Shown here: one piece after another, positions 49,809-61,208 of the stretch
How the letters are laid out: each line of letters starts with the position of its first letter
Numbering within the stretch: position 1 is the stretch's first letter
Program-made: the position numbers and the translations under genes
Assembly: GCA_963748215.1 (NCBI GenBank)
Contig: CAVVHS010000006.1
Location: 339,259 to 403,258 of the forward strand
Length of the DNA stretch: 64,000 nt
DNA from: an uncultured Gammaproteobacteria bacterium
Lineage (GTDB): Bacteria > Pseudomonadota > Gammaproteobacteria > UBA9214
Direction of reading: 5' to 3'
The notes under the pieces: model-generated
The model's database searches: none
What the model was told of the DNA's origin: nothing
Seen by the model: the letters and a program-made list of their open reading frames with translations, nothing else

Positions 49809-50507
49809 TCAGCGCGGCAGGGCAAGCTGTTCGTCGCTGATCCGGGCGATAACTTCCTTCCAGCGGCTCAGTCGTTCCGGATCCCCAACGTGCTGGTCCA
49901 TGCCGCGTGCCTTTACCAGCCACAACCCGTTACCGTTGAAACTATACACCGGTAACAGGTCGGTCCTGCTGGACGATGTGCGAATTTCCATAACCAGGTT
50001 ATCGAGTACCAGGGGGTCCGCATCGGATGTACTGTAATACGTTAACACCATATGCGCCTGCTCGAGCTCAAGTGCCTTGACATAGGTAAGCCGCATACGC
50101 TCGGCGGGTATGCCCATCTGGCGGAGCGTGAAATATTTCGCGATGGAGAAATCCTCGCAGTCACCGCCGTTCGATGCCAGCATCTGCAGGGGGGTCGCCC
50201 AGTAGTCCTCCTTGCCCCAGTGATCGATATCGCTGATGAAGGTAACCTTGTTGAAAAAATCGTTGGTCCTTTGCAATTTCTGCATGTCATCCAGCCCGTT
50301 GCTGGCCCGGATCATATCCTGCCAGTCGCTGATCCGCTGCAGTGCATGTTCGCCATACGTCTCCCTGATTCCTGCCAGTGATTCGACTGCCAGCGTAAAT
50401 TCCTCGCCATTGCACGGTGCAATGCCGGCAAGGCTCAGTATGCCCGCCAGCAGGATGCACAGCAGGGGAGAGGCGGTCGCGAGCGGACGTGCTGCGGACG
50501 CTGACAT
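49809..50507 (-). CDS. lapG: LapG-like periplasmic transglutaminase-like cysteine protease (BTLCP)
   Basis: Signal peptide plus ...NGGDCEDFSIAKYF...H...D, the Cys-His-Asp triad context of BTLCP/DUF920. Confidence 0.7.
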   Translation of the reverse strand: MSASAARPLATASPLLCILLAGILSLAGIAPCNGEEFTLAVESLAGIRETYGEHALQRISDWQDMIRASNGLDDMQKLQRTNDFFNKVTFISDIDHWGKEDYWATPLQMLASNGGDCEDFSIAKYFTLRQMGIPAERMRLTYVKALELEQAHMVLTYYSTSDADPLVLDNLVMEIRTSSSRTDLLPVYSFNGNGLWLVKARGMDQHVGDPERLSRWKEVIARISDEQLALPR

Positions 50508-50707
50508 CAGGCAGTCGTTGCGGATGTTTGTGGCATACGAATGCCTATCGGCACCGGTCGCAACCGACTTGTGAAATCAGGCTATAAATGAATGACCTGT
50601 CGTTGCATCACTACGGCCGGCGGGTGGCCCGGTGCGTGGTACCTAGGTCCAATTGCGCCGCCGACGGCCCGCCTCTAGACTCTTTAAAACCATAAAAACA
50701 AAGGCTT

Positions 50708-51196
50708 ATGAAAAAAATAAAAGTCACTATTGTCGCGACGGCCGCGGAGGAATATCCGGGATGCGCAGACATCCTGGGCGCCTGTCCTGAATTCGAAATC
50801 GTTGTCCGCTCCGGCGGGCTGTGCGAGACGGGTGGCTGGTCGGCCATTTCCACTTCCGACGTGCTGGTGTTTGACGAGGCAGCACTGGTGCAGGAAGGCC
50901 CAACCGGGCTGCGCGATATTCAGTACTACCACCCCTTGCTCAAGCTCTTGCTTGTTCTCGAAAATCACAATGAAAACAAAATAATGGAGGCTCTTGCCCT
51001 GGGATTTTCCGGAATTATCGAACGTGCCTCGCTGCGTTCCATGCTGCGCCGGTCCATCCCGGCGTTGTACTCGGGCGATGCCTGGGTGTCGCGCCAGCTT
51101 GTTCAGTCGCTGCGCACCCGGCTGTTGCACCTGGACGGCGACAACGTGCCAGGGATGTCGGTACGCACCGGCAAAAACCATGGAAAACTCAATTGA
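50708..51196 (+). CDS. Hypothetical protein (162 aa), possible receiver-like fold
   Basis: ORF only. Confidence 0.35.
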   Translation: MKKIKVTIVATAAEEYPGCADILGACPEFEIVVRSGGLCETGGWSAISTSDVLVFDEAALVQEGPTGLRDIQYYHPLLKLLLVLENHNENKIMEALALGFSGIIERASLRSMLRRSIPALYSGDAWVSRQLVQSLRTRLLHLDGDNVPGMSVRTGKNHGKLN

Positions 51197-51814
51197 TTGA
51201 TGTGCTTAAGTCGCATCGACGGGTGATTGCTGGCGTGTGACAGGCAAGTTGTCCGTGATCACTGTCTGTCTGCGTTACCGCGGGCAGGCAGGGTGACTGC
51301 CGTTGCCAGAAACCTGAATCCGCTGGCAGGCAGGAAATCATCATGCCCGATCAGCTGATCGGCACTACCGGGACAAGCGACAGGAGTGCAACCGTCGTTC
51401 ATCCGAGCGGAGCGACCGGGTCGCTTGCCGATGCTGCTGCTGTGGTCGTTGCGTCCATCAGTACAGCCGTCCGGATCGAGGGCGAGTAACGCGGGTCCGG
51501 GATGGACAGACCGTCAGTCTGGCGGCAGCGGGGCGGACATCCATATCCGGTCGCAGGGCAAGTCCGGGTTCGGCCGGGAGATCGATTTCAATAGCACGGA
51601 AGCGGACGCGCTTGACCTTGCCGATCTGCTGGCGGGCGAGAGCAACCCGACGGCCCTGGAACCGGACAATGGCAACCCGGGCATTGCCTCGGGCACCGAT
51701 ACCACCATCACCATCTTCGACGTCGCGGCAAATCGATAGCCATGTGAAACTTGCGCTCCGGCTGTGTAATAATCCCCCCCTCCTGATTGCCCCGGAGGGG
51801 GAACTGCCGCACCC

Positions 51815-53062
51815 ATGTTTAGACCACTTGAGCTGTTTGTCGGTCTGCGCTACACGCGCACCAAGCGGCGTACCCACTTCATCTCGTTCATCACACTGAC
51901 CTCCATGCTCGGCATTGCGCTGGGTGTGACGGCACTGATTACCGTGTTGTCGGTAATGAACGGCTTCGAGACCGAGTTGCGCACGCGCATCCTGGGCATG
52001 GCGTCACACGCCACCATCTCCCGCTATGACGGCCGGCTCGATGACTGGCAGTCGCTGGCGTCGCTTGTCGAAAACCAGCCGCACGTGCTGGCCTCGGCCC
52101 CCTATGTCAGCGGCGAATCCATGCTCAGCAACGGCCAGCAGGTGAGTGGCGCCATCCTGCGCGGCGTGGATCCGGCGCTGGAAGGCCGTGTGTCCGACGT
52201 GGTCGATCACATTCGCGGCGGTGACATCGCGCAACTCAGTCCCGGCGGCTACGGCATTATCCTGGGCAGCGAGCTGGCCGCGGCACTCGGTGTGGGTGCC
52301 GGCGATGCAATCACCGTGGTTTCCCCCCAGATTACGATTGCACCGACCGGTGTACTGCCGCGACTGCGACGCTTTACCGTGCTGGCGACCTTCGAGGTCG
52401 GCATGTACGAGTACGACCGGGGTGTCGCGCTGGTGCACCTGCAGGATGCCGCCAAACTGTTCCGGCTCGATGGTGCCGTCAGCGGGCTGCGCCTGAAAAT
52501 CGACGATGTGTTCGATGCGCCCATGGTGGTGCGCCAGCTGGCTGCGGAGTTGCCGGGTGATTACCGGCTCGAGGACTGGTCGCGCAAACACGCCAACTTC
52601 TTCCGCGCGGTGAAGACCGAGAAGCGCGTCATGTTCATTATTCTTACGCTGATTGTCGCCGTTGCCGCATTCAATATCGTGTCCACCCTGATTATGGTGG
52701 TAACCGACAAGCGTTCGGATATCGCGATCCTCAGGACGCTGGGCGTCACGCCGCGCTCGATCATGATGATCTTCATCATCCAGGGCGTCGTGATCGGCGT
52801 GCTGGGCACGGCGCTGGGCGTGGCCGGCGGGGTGGGGCTGGCCCTGAACATCGAGTCCATCGTGCCGGCTATCGAGCGGCTGTTCAACGTGCAGTTCCTG
52901 GCGGCGGATGTGTACTACATCAGCGAGGTACCCTCCGAGCTGCACTGGAACGACGTGTGGATCATGGCCTCGGTGGCATTGCTGCTGAGCCTGCTGGCGA
53001 CGCTGTACCCGGCCTGGCGCGCGGCGCGCACACACCCGGCCGAGGCATTGCGCTATGAGTGA
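51815..53062 (+). CDS. lolC: Lipoprotein-releasing system permease LolC/LolE
   Basis: [19 protein letters not shown]..., MacB-like periplasmic domain and FtsX TM domain; 415 aa. Confidence 0.85.
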   Translation: MFRPLELFVGLRYTRTKRRTHFISFITLTSMLGIALGVTALITVLSVMNGFETELRTRILGMASHATISRYDGRLDDWQSLASLVENQPHVLASAPYVSGESMLSNGQQVSGAILRGVDPALEGRVSDVVDHIRGGDIAQLSPGGYGIILGSELAAALGVGAGDAITVVSPQITIAPTGVLPRLRRFTVLATFEVGMYEYDRGVALVHLQDAAKLFRLDGAVSGLRLKIDDVFDAPMVVRQLAAELPGDYRLEDWSRKHANFFRAVKTEKRVMFIILTLIVAVAAFNIVSTLIMVVTDKRSDIAILRTLGVTPRSIMMIFIIQGVVIGVLGTALGVAGGVGLALNIESIVPAIERLFNVQFLAADVYYISEVPSELHWNDVWIMASVALLLSLLATLYPAWRAARTHPAEALRYE

Positions 53063-53726
53063 GGTACTGCGTTGCGAGGGTCTGGGCAAGACTTTCAGGG
53101 AAGGCAGTGAGGCCCTGAAAATCCTGCATGACATCGATTTTACGGTCGCGACCGGCGAGCGCATCGCGATCACGGGTGCCTCGGGCAGTGGCAAGAGCAC
53201 CCTGCTGCACCTGCTCGGCGGGCTGGACCAGCCCACGACAGGTCGGGTCATCCTGGCGGGCAAACCACTCGCCAGCCTGACGGCGGCGCAGCTCGGACGA
53301 TTGCGCAACCACGAACTGGGCTTCGTTTACCAGTTTCACCACCTGTTGCCCGAGTTCACGGCGCTGGAGAACGTGGCCATGCCGCTGCTGGTGCGCGGCC
53401 TGGCGCCGGCGCAGGCGCGGCAGCAGGCCGCCGCCATGCTGGAGCGGGTCGGCCTGTCCGCGCGCCTGGGACACAAGCCCGGCGAGTTGTCGGGCGGTGA
53501 ACGACAGCGGGCGGCCGTGGCGCGCGCCCTGGTGACGCAACCGCATTGCGTGCTGGCCGACGAGCCGACCGGCAACCTGGATCGCCGGAATGCCGACCAG
53601 GTCTATGCGCTGATGCTGGAGCTCAACCGGGAACTGGGTACCAGCCTGCTGGTGGCGACCCACGATGCCGCGATTGCCGAACGCATGGAACGGGTTGTGC
53701 AACTGGAGGATGGTCGCCTGGTCTAG
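53055..53726 (+). CDS. lolD: Lipoprotein-releasing ABC ATPase
   Basis: Walker [10 protein letters not shown], signature LSGGERQR, Walker [12 protein letters not shown]. Confidence 0.9.
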   Translation: MSEVLRCEGLGKTFREGSEALKILHDIDFTVATGERIAITGASGSGKSTLLHLLGGLDQPTTGRVILAGKPLASLTAAQLGRLRNHELGFVYQFHHLLPEFTALENVAMPLLVRGLAPAQARQQAAAMLERVGLSARLGHKPGELSGGERQRAAVARALVTQPHCVLADEPTGNLDRRNADQVYALMLELNRELGTSLLVATHDAAIAERMERVVQLEDGRLV

Positions 53727-53800
53727 CCGCACCGCAAAACATGGGTCCTCCATGATCGACGCGCCGGCTCACCCGGTTTCTTCGAAGATCATGGAAGACA

Positions 53801-56092
53801 ATGTATTTAATAACAATATCGTTTGTCATCGGGGTCTGCAGCCTGTTCTGGCTCAGCGCGCTGCCGGTCACGGCGGCCGCGCTGCTGCTGCCCGCGGCGC
53901 TGGCTGCGCTGCGCTGGCCAGGGCTGCGCCCGCCGGCACTGCTGGCACTGGGTTTTGCCTGGGCGGTATTGCATGCGGCCCAGGCCCAGTCGCCGGCGCT
54001 GGACCGGTCCGTCGAGGGGCGTACCGTCCTGGTCGAGGGCACGGTCGCCAGTCTGCCGGATCGGCGCAGCGGTCGGTTGCAGCGCTTTATCTTCCACGTC
54101 GAACGCCTGGACGACGGGTCGGGCTGGAGCGACTTCGACGGCAAGGTCAGGCTGGGCTGGTACGGTGATGGCGGCGATCCCGATGCCGGTGAGCGCTGGC
54201 AACTTGCCGTGCGACTGAAGCGTCCGTACGGCATGGCCAACCCGGGCGCTTTCGATTATGAACGCTGGTTGTTCCAGCAGCGTATTCATGCCACGGGCTA
54301 CGTGCGCGAGGATCCGCGTAACCGGCGCCTGTCGAAGGGGAGGCTGTCACCGATTGCCACCTACCGCATCCGCCTGCTGCGCGCCTTCGCCGTCGAGGGT
54401 GAGACGCCCGGTACGGCGTTCGTCCAGGCGCTGACCGTCGGCGAGCGCGGTGCGATCGGCGCCGCGCAGTGGCAGGTGCTCAACGCGACCGGCACCAGCC
54501 ACCTGATGGCGATTTCCGGCCTGCATATCAGCCTGGTGGCCGGTCTGGGATTCTGGCTGGTACGGCGCGGCTGGCCGCATTTCGGTCCTGTGGCCAGCCG
54601 CCTGCCGGCGCCGCGTGCGGCGGCCATCGCTGCCATAACCGTCGCCGTGCTGTATGCCATGCTGGCCGGCTTCGGCATCCCGGCGCGGCGTGCCCTGGTG
54701 ATGGTCTGTGTGCTGATGCTGGCCATTCTTTCCGATCGATATTCATCCTTTGCACAGGTCATATGCCTGGCCGCGATGTGCACGCTGCTGCTGGATCCGC
54801 TGTCAGTACTGTCGGCCGGCTGGTGGCTGTCGTTCCAGGCGGTCATTATCATCGCCTGGCTGGCCACCGGACGCCACGGGATGCCGGGGCGGGGGCGCCG
54901 CATGCTCATGCACGTGGCGCTGGCGTTCTGTATGGTACCGATGCTGTTGTTGTTTTTTCAGCAGGCCTCGCTGCTGGCCCCGATCGCGAACGTGATCGCC
55001 GTACCGTTCGTCGGCCTGCTGATCGTGCCGCTGGCCTTGCTGGGTTGTGTGCTGTTCGCCGTCAACGAGACGCTGGGTATGCAGCTGCTCGGGATGGCCG
55101 CGGATTTGCTGGAACTGGCCTGGCCCATGCTGGAATGGCTGGCCGGCACCGGCATGGCTGCCTGGACCCGACATCAACCGCCGGCGTGGACGGTGCTGCC
55201 TGCGCTGGCCGGACTGGCACTGCTGTTCATGCCGCGCGGCATGCCCGGCCGCTGGGCCGGTGGTGTGTTGTTGCTGCCGATGCTGCTTGTGCACCCGCCA
55301 GCCCCGCCGCCGGGTGCGGCCTGGATTACTCTGCTGGATGTCGGGCAGGGTCTGTCGGCCGTGGTGCGGACGGCACGGCATACCCTCGTCTACGATACCG
55401 GTCCACGCTACAGCCCCGATTTCGACACCGGCCAGGCGGTGGTGATCCCGTTCCTGCGCCGGCAGGGTATAACCCGGCTCGATACCCTGGTGGTCAGTCA
55501 CGGCGATAACGACCATATCGGTGGTGCCGATTCGCTGCTGGCCGCCTTTCCGGCGGATGCCGTCTACAGCAGCGTACCGGACCGGTTGCCGGGCGGTGGT
55601 GCGCTGCGCTGTCGAAAAGGCCAGCACTGGCAATGGGACGGCGTCTCGTTCACGCTGCTGCATCCGGAGCCGGCAGGCGGACTGAGCGGTAACAATAACT
55701 CCTGTGTGCTGCTCGTCGAGACGACGAACGGCCAGCGCCTGCTGTTGCCTGGCGATATCGAGCGCCCCGCGGAACGACGCCTGGTCGAAACACAGCGCGG
55801 CCGGCTGCCTGCACAGGTACTGGTGGCCCCACACCACGGCAGCGCCACGTCCTCGTCGCCGGCCTTTATCGAGGCTGTCGATCCGGATGTGGTGATAATC
55901 CCGGCAGCCTGGATGAATCGCTACCGCTTCCCGAAGCGTGACGTGGTCGAACGCTACCGCGCCGCCGGTGCGCGGATACTGGACACCGGCCGCAGCGGCG
56001 CGCTCAGCGTCAAGCTTTCATCCTCGACAGCACAACCGGAGATCGCCGTCTGGCGGGACCGGTACCGGCATGTCTGGAGCTGGCAGGAATAA
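53801..56092 (+). CDS. comEC: DNA internalization-related competence protein ComEC/Rec2 (with metallo-beta-lactamase domain)
   Basis: Multi-TM competence domain plus a C-terminal MBL motif (VVSHGDNDHIGG); 763 aa. Confidence 0.8.
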   Translation: MYLITISFVIGVCSLFWLSALPVTAAALLLPAALAALRWPGLRPPALLALGFAWAVLHAAQAQSPALDRSVEGRTVLVEGTVASLPDRRSGRLQRFIFHVERLDDGSGWSDFDGKVRLGWYGDGGDPDAGERWQLAVRLKRPYGMANPGAFDYERWLFQQRIHATGYVREDPRNRRLSKGRLSPIATYRIRLLRAFAVEGETPGTAFVQALTVGERGAIGAAQWQVLNATGTSHLMAISGLHISLVAGLGFWLVRRGWPHFGPVASRLPAPRAAAIAAITVAVLYAMLAGFGIPARRALVMVCVLMLAILSDRYSSFAQVICLAAMCTLLLDPLSVLSAGWWLSFQAVIIIAWLATGRHGMPGRGRRMLMHVALAFCMVPMLLLFFQQASLLAPIANVIAVPFVGLLIVPLALLGCVLFAVNETLGMQLLGMAADLLELAWPMLEWLAGTGMAAWTRHQPPAWTVLPALAGLALLFMPRGMPGRWAGGVLLLPMLLVHPPAPPPGAAWITLLDVGQGLSAVVRTARHTLVYDTGPRYSPDFDTGQAVVIPFLRRQGITRLDTLVVSHGDNDHIGGADSLLAAFPADAVYSSVPDRLPGGGALRCRKGQHWQWDGVSFTLLHPEPAGGLSGNNNSCVLLVETTNGQRLLLPGDIERPAERRLVETQRGRLPAQVLVAPHHGSATSSSPAFIEAVDPDVVIIPAAWMNRYRFPKRDVVERYRAAGARILDTGRSGALSVKLSSSTAQPEIAVWRDRYRHVWSWQE

Positions 56093-56179
56093 CCTGCAGT
56101 ATTGTTTGGCTGTGGTTGCAAATACAGTATGATTCGCTGCGGCTGGTGATTACACAACTGTACAAAGGATGGTGATGGT

Positions 56180-56800
56180 GTGCTGGAACTGGTAGAAGCT
56201 GGCGGCTGGCTGATGCTGCCCATTATCGCGTGTTCGGTGATTGCGATGGCAATCATAGCCGAACGCCTCTGGTCATTGCGGGTAGGCCGGGTCCTGCCCA
56301 AGCACCTGGTCGCGCAGGTATGGCGCTGGGAGAAGATCAACCAGCTTGATGACCAGCACATGAAAGAACTGCAGGCCAGTTCGCCGCTGGGCGCCATCCT
56401 TGCGGCCGGTATCATCAATCGCGACAAGAGTCGCGATTATATGAATGAGAGCATCGAGGATACCGGGCGGCACGTAGTACACGAACTCGAGCGCTTCCTG
56501 AACTCCCTGGGTACGATCGCTGCCATCACGCCGCTGCTGGGACTGCTCGGCACCGTGATCGGCATGATCAAGGTGTTCGCCACCATCACCACGCAGGGCG
56601 TGGGCGATCCCGGTGCGCTGGCAGGAGGCATCTCCGAGGCACTCATCACCACGGCGGCCGGTTTGTCGGTCGCCATTCCGACACTGATGTTCTACCGCTA
56701 TTTTCGCGGGCGTGTCAGGATGCTGGTGCTGCGCATGGAAAAGGAAGCCATGCTGATGGTCGAGATCATGCACGGCACCCACAAACGGCGCGACGACTAG
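56180..56800 (+). CDS. exbB: MotA/TolQ/ExbB-family proton channel
   Basis: 206 aa, three TM helices, ExbB-like. Confidence 0.8.
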   Translation: MLELVEAGGWLMLPIIACSVIAMAIIAERLWSLRVGRVLPKHLVAQVWRWEKINQLDDQHMKELQASSPLGAILAAGIINRDKSRDYMNESIEDTGRHVVHELERFLNSLGTIAAITPLLGLLGTVIGMIKVFATITTQGVGDPGALAGGISEALITTAAGLSVAIPTLMFYRYFRGRVRMLVLRMEKEAMLMVEIMHGTHKRRDD

Positions 56801-56812
56801 GAGGGTGTACGC

Positions 56813-57232
56813 ATGAACCTGCAGCCAGGCAGCGAGGACGAACCCGATGTCAACCTGACACCGCTGATCGACGTGGTGTTCCTGTTGCTGATTTTCTTCA
56901 TGGTGTCGACCACCTTCGAACAGCAGTCCCGCATCCAGATCGAACTGCCCGAGGCAACGGCCGATGCGACAGCGCAGGAGGACGACACGCTGGAAATCCT
57001 GGTCGACGCGCAGGGGCGCTACTTCATTGGCGACCAGCAGGTCATCAACTCGGAACTCAAGACACTGAAGACCGCGATTCGCAAGGCGGCAGGCAACCGA
57101 GGCGAACTGCCCGTGACCATACGCGCTGACGCGAACACCCCGCACCAGGCCGTGATCCGGGTGCTGGATGCGACCAGCCAGCTGGGCCTGACGCATATTT
57201 CGCTGGCGACATCGAAAATCGAGGAACAGTAA
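56813..57232 (+). CDS. exbD: ExbD/TolR-family protein
   Basis: NLTPLIDVVFLLLIFFMV TM helix followed by a periplasmic domain. Confidence 0.8.
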   Translation: MNLQPGSEDEPDVNLTPLIDVVFLLLIFFMVSTTFEQQSRIQIELPEATADATAQEDDTLEILVDAQGRYFIGDQQVINSELKTLKTAIRKAAGNRGELPVTIRADANTPHQAVIRVLDATSQLGLTHISLATSKIEEQ

Positions 57233-57244
57233 GCGCATCACCAG

Positions 57245-58279
57245 ATGAAGGGCCTTAACTATTACTGGTATTCGCGTAGCCCCTGGCTCGTCCTGCTGAC
57301 ACCCCTGTCACTGCTGTTTCGTATCCTCGTCCGGCTGCGGCGGTCAGCCTATCGCACGGGCCTGCTGCGCAGTCACCGCATCGAGGCACCGGTCATTGTG
57401 GTCGGCAATATTACCGTTGGCGGCACCGGCAAGACCCCGCTGGTGGCCTGGCTTGCCGGTTATCTCGGGGAGCAGGGTTTCAAGCCCGGCATTGTCGCGC
57501 GCGGGTACGGGGGCAGGGCGGCATCGTGGCCGCAACAGGTGCGTGCTGACAGCGATCCTGCCGTGGTCGGCGACGAGGCCGTGCTGCTGGCCAACCTGAC
57601 AGGCTGTCCGCTGGCAGTCGGTCCCGATCGCGTGGCCACGGCCGAGGCACTGATCAAGTACAATGACTGTAACCTGGTCATCAGCGACGACGGACTGCAG
57701 CATTATGCCCTGCGGCGCGATATCGAAATCATCGTGATCGACGGGGTGCGCCGCTTCGGTGTCGGTTTCATGCTGCCGGCCGGGCCGCTGCGTGAACCGG
57801 TCAGCCGCTTGCGCGAGGCGGACCTGCTGGTGGTCAACGGTATCGGTGGCGCGGGTGAATACCCCATGAAGCTGAAATCGGGTGACGTGCATAACCTGCG
57901 CGATGACAGCGTGATGAAAAAACTGTCGGATTTCAGGGGCGGCAAAGTGCACGCCGTGGCCGGGATCGGCAACCCGGAGCGGTTTTTCCAGTCCCTGCGT
58001 CAGGTCGTCCGCCACGTCGATGAGCATGCATTTCCGGACCATCATCGCTACCGGGCCGGTGATCTGCGTTTTGATGATGATGCGCCGGTACTCATGACAG
58101 CGAAGGATGCGGTCAAGTGTCGCCGATTTGCCAGCGGCAACGAATGGTATATTCCGGTCAGGGCCGAAATGTCGAGGGATTTTCAGGCGCGGCTGAATGC
58201 GTTGCTGGAGTCTCGCGGTTGTCGTGCGGAGATATGTGCTGCAGGCGCAGATTTGCCACCAGGAGTACAATGTGGATAA
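57245..58279 (+). CDS. lpxK: Tetraacyldisaccharide 4'-kinase
   Basis: P-loop [14 protein letters not shown]. Confidence 0.85.
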   Translation: MKGLNYYWYSRSPWLVLLTPLSLLFRILVRLRRSAYRTGLLRSHRIEAPVIVVGNITVGGTGKTPLVAWLAGYLGEQGFKPGIVARGYGGRAASWPQQVRADSDPAVVGDEAVLLANLTGCPLAVGPDRVATAEALIKYNDCNLVISDDGLQHYALRRDIEIIVIDGVRRFGVGFMLPAGPLREPVSRLREADLLVVNGIGGAGEYPMKLKSGDVHNLRDDSVMKKLSDFRGGKVHAVAGIGNPERFFQSLRQVVRHVDEHAFPDHHRYRAGDLRFDDDAPVLMTAKDAVKCRRFASGNEWYIPVRAEMSRDFQARLNALLESRGCRAEICAAGADLPPGVQCG

Positions 58280-58451
58280 AAAATTGCTGGATATTCTTGC
58301 CTGCCCTGTATGCAAGGGGGCGCTGCTTTATCGCAAGGATGAAGAGGAACTGGTTTGCAAGGTCGACCGGCTGGCGTACCCGATCAGGAACGATATACCC
58401 GTCATGCTGGTCGACGAGGCCAGGCAACTCGCCGCTGACGAGGAAGTCTGA
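58272..58451 (+). CDS. ycaR: Trm112/YcaR-family (UPF0434) small protein
   Basis: GTG start with an AGGAG RBS; (V)[17 protein letters not shown]...; the lpxK-ycaR-kdsB arrangement. Confidence 0.7.
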   Translation: MDKKLLDILACPVCKGALLYRKDEEELVCKVDRLAYPIRNDIPVMLVDEARQLAADEEV

Positions 58452-58459
58452 ATTTTCGC

Positions 58460-59215
58460 ATGGCCGGTACCGGGTTCAGGGTCATCATACCCGCACGCTA
58501 TGCCTCGACCCGGCTGCCCGGCAAGCCACTGCTGCCGATCGCCGGGCGTCCCATGCTGCAGCACGTGTATGAGCGGGCGCTGGCGTGCGGTGCAAGTGAT
58601 GTTGTGATCGCCACGGATGATGAACGCATTGCGCAGGTCGCAGCCGGGTTCGGCGCACCCGTGTGCATGACCGCGATCGACCATGCATCAGGCACCGAGC
58701 GTCTCGCCGAGGTGGTGGAACTGCACGGCTGGTCCGCGGACAGCATCGTGGTGAACGTCCAGGGTGACGAGCCACTGATCGAGCCGGCGCTGATACGGCA
58801 GGTCGCGGACGATCTTGCCGCTTACCCGGAGGCCGCCATGGCAACGCTGGCCTATCCGCTTGCATCGCCTGCCATGCTGAACGACCCGAATGTGGTGAAG
58901 GTTGTGCTCGACAGGGAAGGTTATGCCCTGTATTTCAGTCGTGCACCGATTCCATTCGTTCGTGATGCGGCTGCGGGCGATGGCGCCGAAGGCTTGCGTC
59001 ACATCGGCCTGTACGGCTACCGGGCCGGCTTCCTTGGCCGTTACCGTCAGCTCGAGACCGCCCCCTGCGAACAACTGGAGAAGCTTGAGCAGTTGCGCGT
59101 GCTGTGGCACGGCATGAAGATCCACGTCAGTATCGCTGCGCGCATGCCCGGTCCCGGCGTCGATACCCATGAAGACCTGCAGCGGGTCGAGGGCCTGATG
59201 GCTGACGCCGGGTGA
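58460..59215 (+). CDS. kdsB: 3-deoxy-manno-octulosonate cytidylyltransferase (CMP-KDO synthetase)
   Basis: [24 protein letters not shown]...; 251 aa. Confidence 0.9.
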   Translation: MAGTGFRVIIPARYASTRLPGKPLLPIAGRPMLQHVYERALACGASDVVIATDDERIAQVAAGFGAPVCMTAIDHASGTERLAEVVELHGWSADSIVVNVQGDEPLIEPALIRQVADDLAAYPEAAMATLAYPLASPAMLNDPNVVKVVLDREGYALYFSRAPIPFVRDAAAGDGAEGLRHIGLYGYRAGFLGRYRQLETAPCEQLEKLEQLRVLWHGMKIHVSIAARMPGPGVDTHEDLQRVEGLMADAG

Positions 59216-59232
59216 GCGCCGCAGGTGTGTCG

Positions 59233-59646
59233 CTACAGCCGCCCGGTCTGCGAGGCGACCTGTTGCATGTAGTTTTCGATGCCGCGGATATCGGTATCGC
59301 GCAAGGCAATGAACTGGGCGCCGACTGTGAAGCTGTCCTGGGACAGACGTTCGGTATAGATGAGCCGGGCCTGTGCCCGGACCGACAGGGGTTTCTTTCT
59401 GCCCGCAGCGTGCAACTGGAAATATATCTCGATTTCGACACCGCTGACCTGTCCGGGGATTCTCTGGTCTTCCGGCAGCAGCAGGTTGAATACCGCGCGA
59501 TTGCAGGTGAATTTCAGGCCACCCGCCGACAGGTTGATAATGATGACGTTTTTTCTGTTCCCACCGACCGGGCGCACCTGGCAGGGTATCTCGGTGGTGA
59601 TCCGTTCATGTTCGCGGTCAATCCAGAAATGCTGTTTATTTGTCGC
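59233..59646 (-). CDS. PilZ-domain protein (stand-alone)
   Basis: REHERITTE ... NLSAGGLKF motifs. The track ORF is extended to 59691. Confidence 0.55.
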   Translation of the reverse strand, partial: ATNKQHFWIDREHERITTEIPCQVRPVGGNRKNVIIINLSAGGLKFTCNRAVFNLLLPEDQRIPGQVSGVEIEIYFQLHAAGRKKPLSVRAQARLIYTERLSQDSFTVGAQFIALRDTDIRGIENYMQQVASQTGRL

Positions 59647-59900
59647 CATTGTTATCCTGGAGCCGGCTCTGGCTGTCACTGTAACGCGCATCTCATGGCG
59701 CGTGCATCATAGTATGTTAAGCGTACGGTGTCATAATATAGAGCGTCCGAAGCCGGGCCATAAGCGGCGCGCAACACCGCCGGAGGGTGGTTTGCGGGAG
59801 CGACGGAGTGCCTGTCAGGTGTAACAAGGTCGTGGGTGTTGATTATTTGACGCACATTTAAACAATAACTTGGTAATATTTCAATGACTCTGGATTATCC

Positions 59901-60665
59901 ATGAAAAGCTACATAAAGGAATTGCTGTACCTGGTGCTGTGGATTTTAGCCGGCTGTTTGCTGATGCCGCCGGTTTTCTGGTGGCTGGGCAGCCAGGGAA
60001 TCCTGACTGTACCCGATATGGAGTTCGGGACGCTGCGGGCAACCTACCTGGATGTCGTCGCCAGACTGCGCGAGCCGCTGTGGCTGATTGCCATGAGCTT
60101 TCCTTATCTGATCTTCAGCGCGGTGCGGATGTTGCGCGGGAGTCTGGGCCCGTCAGGGTCGACCGAGCTGGGCCTCGCCGTGACCCGGGGCGAACCGGCC
60201 CTGGTGCAGCAACTCATCGAGCAGGGACAGGACCTGAACCAGGGCAATGCCGCCGGTGAAACGCCCTTGCACCTTGCAGTCATGCGCGGTGACATGAGCA
60301 TGACCTGGATGTTGCTGGAGGGCGGGGCCGATTTCAACGCAACCGATCAGGCGGTCGGTTACAGTCCGCTGCAAATCGCCGCGTTGCAGGGACACAGTGA
60401 AATCTGTGAAGCGTTGATTCGCTACGGCGCCGGTGTGGATGCACTGACCTCAAGGCATGAAACGGCCCTGCATCTGGCAGCACGGGCCGGGCATGGCGCG
60501 GTCGTAGCGGTATTGCTTAAGTACCGGACCAATACCGGTATCAGAAACAACGCGGGACAGACGGCACGGCAGATCGCGGAACAGCAAGGGCATGTCGAAC
60601 TGGTCAGCCTGATGGATCAGCACGCCAGCAGTGAGTGGCCCTATCTCAGATTGTCGAATGGCTGA
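59901..60665 (+). CDS. Ankyrin-repeat protein with N-terminal TM/signal segment
   Basis: Four ankyrin repeats (GETPLHLAVMRGD...LLEGGADFN, GYSPLQIAALQGH, ETALHLAARAGH...). Confidence 0.65.
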   Translation: MKSYIKELLYLVLWILAGCLLMPPVFWWLGSQGILTVPDMEFGTLRATYLDVVARLREPLWLIAMSFPYLIFSAVRMLRGSLGPSGSTELGLAVTRGEPALVQQLIEQGQDLNQGNAAGETPLHLAVMRGDMSMTWMLLEGGADFNATDQAVGYSPLQIAALQGHSEICEALIRYGAGVDALTSRHETALHLAARAGHGAVVAVLLKYRTNTGIRNNAGQTARQIAEQQGHVELVSLMDQHASSEWPYLRLSNG

Positions 60666-60715
60666 CGGTCGTTCATCGCTCAAACAGTTTTTCAAACTCC
60701 TGTATATTACGTGCC

Positions 60716-61198
60716 ATGGAAACTGTAAAAGTCCTGTTTGTCTGCATGGGCAATATCTGTCGTTCTCCGACAGCGCAGGGTGTGTTCACCCGGCATGTCG
60801 AGGAGACGAACCTGTCCGATGTCATACTGATCGATTCGGCCGGCACCCATGCCTATCATGTCGGTGAGCCGCCGGACAGCCGGGCGAGCGCCGCCGCGCT
60901 GCGCCGCGGCATCGACCTGTCCAGTCAGAAGGCACGCCGGGTGCAGGAGGCGGATTTCGAAGTATTCGATTATGTGCTGGCAATGGACCAGAGCAATTAC
61001 GAGGCTCTCGCGAGCCTCTGCCTGCCTGAACAGCGTTCCAGGCTGCACCTGTTCCTGGACTTCGCCCCCGAACTGGGTACCCGTGATGTCCCCGATCCCT
61101 ACTATGGCGGCACGACCGGCTTCGAACGGGTACTGGACCTGATCGATGCGGCGTCAATCGGCTTGCTGGCGAACATCCGCAAGCAGCACGGAATCTGA
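60716..61198 (+). CDS. Low-molecular-weight protein-tyrosine phosphatase
   Basis: VLFVCMGNICRSPTAQ P-loop (CX5R) and a downstream DPYY motif. Confidence 0.8.
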   Translation: METVKVLFVCMGNICRSPTAQGVFTRHVEETNLSDVILIDSAGTHAYHVGEPPDSRASAAALRRGIDLSSQKARRVQEADFEVFDYVLAMDQSNYEALASLCLPEQRSRLHLFLDFAPELGTRDVPDPYYGGTTGFERVLDLIDAASIGLLANIRKQHGI

Positions 61199-61208
61199 CA
61201 CCCGGCCG

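Noticed and set aside
52004-53308. 434-aa minus-strand ORF, and the similar 54803-55837 and 56273-57241 ORFs
   Set aside because: They are antisense to lolC/lolD, comEC and exbBD/lpxK respectively.
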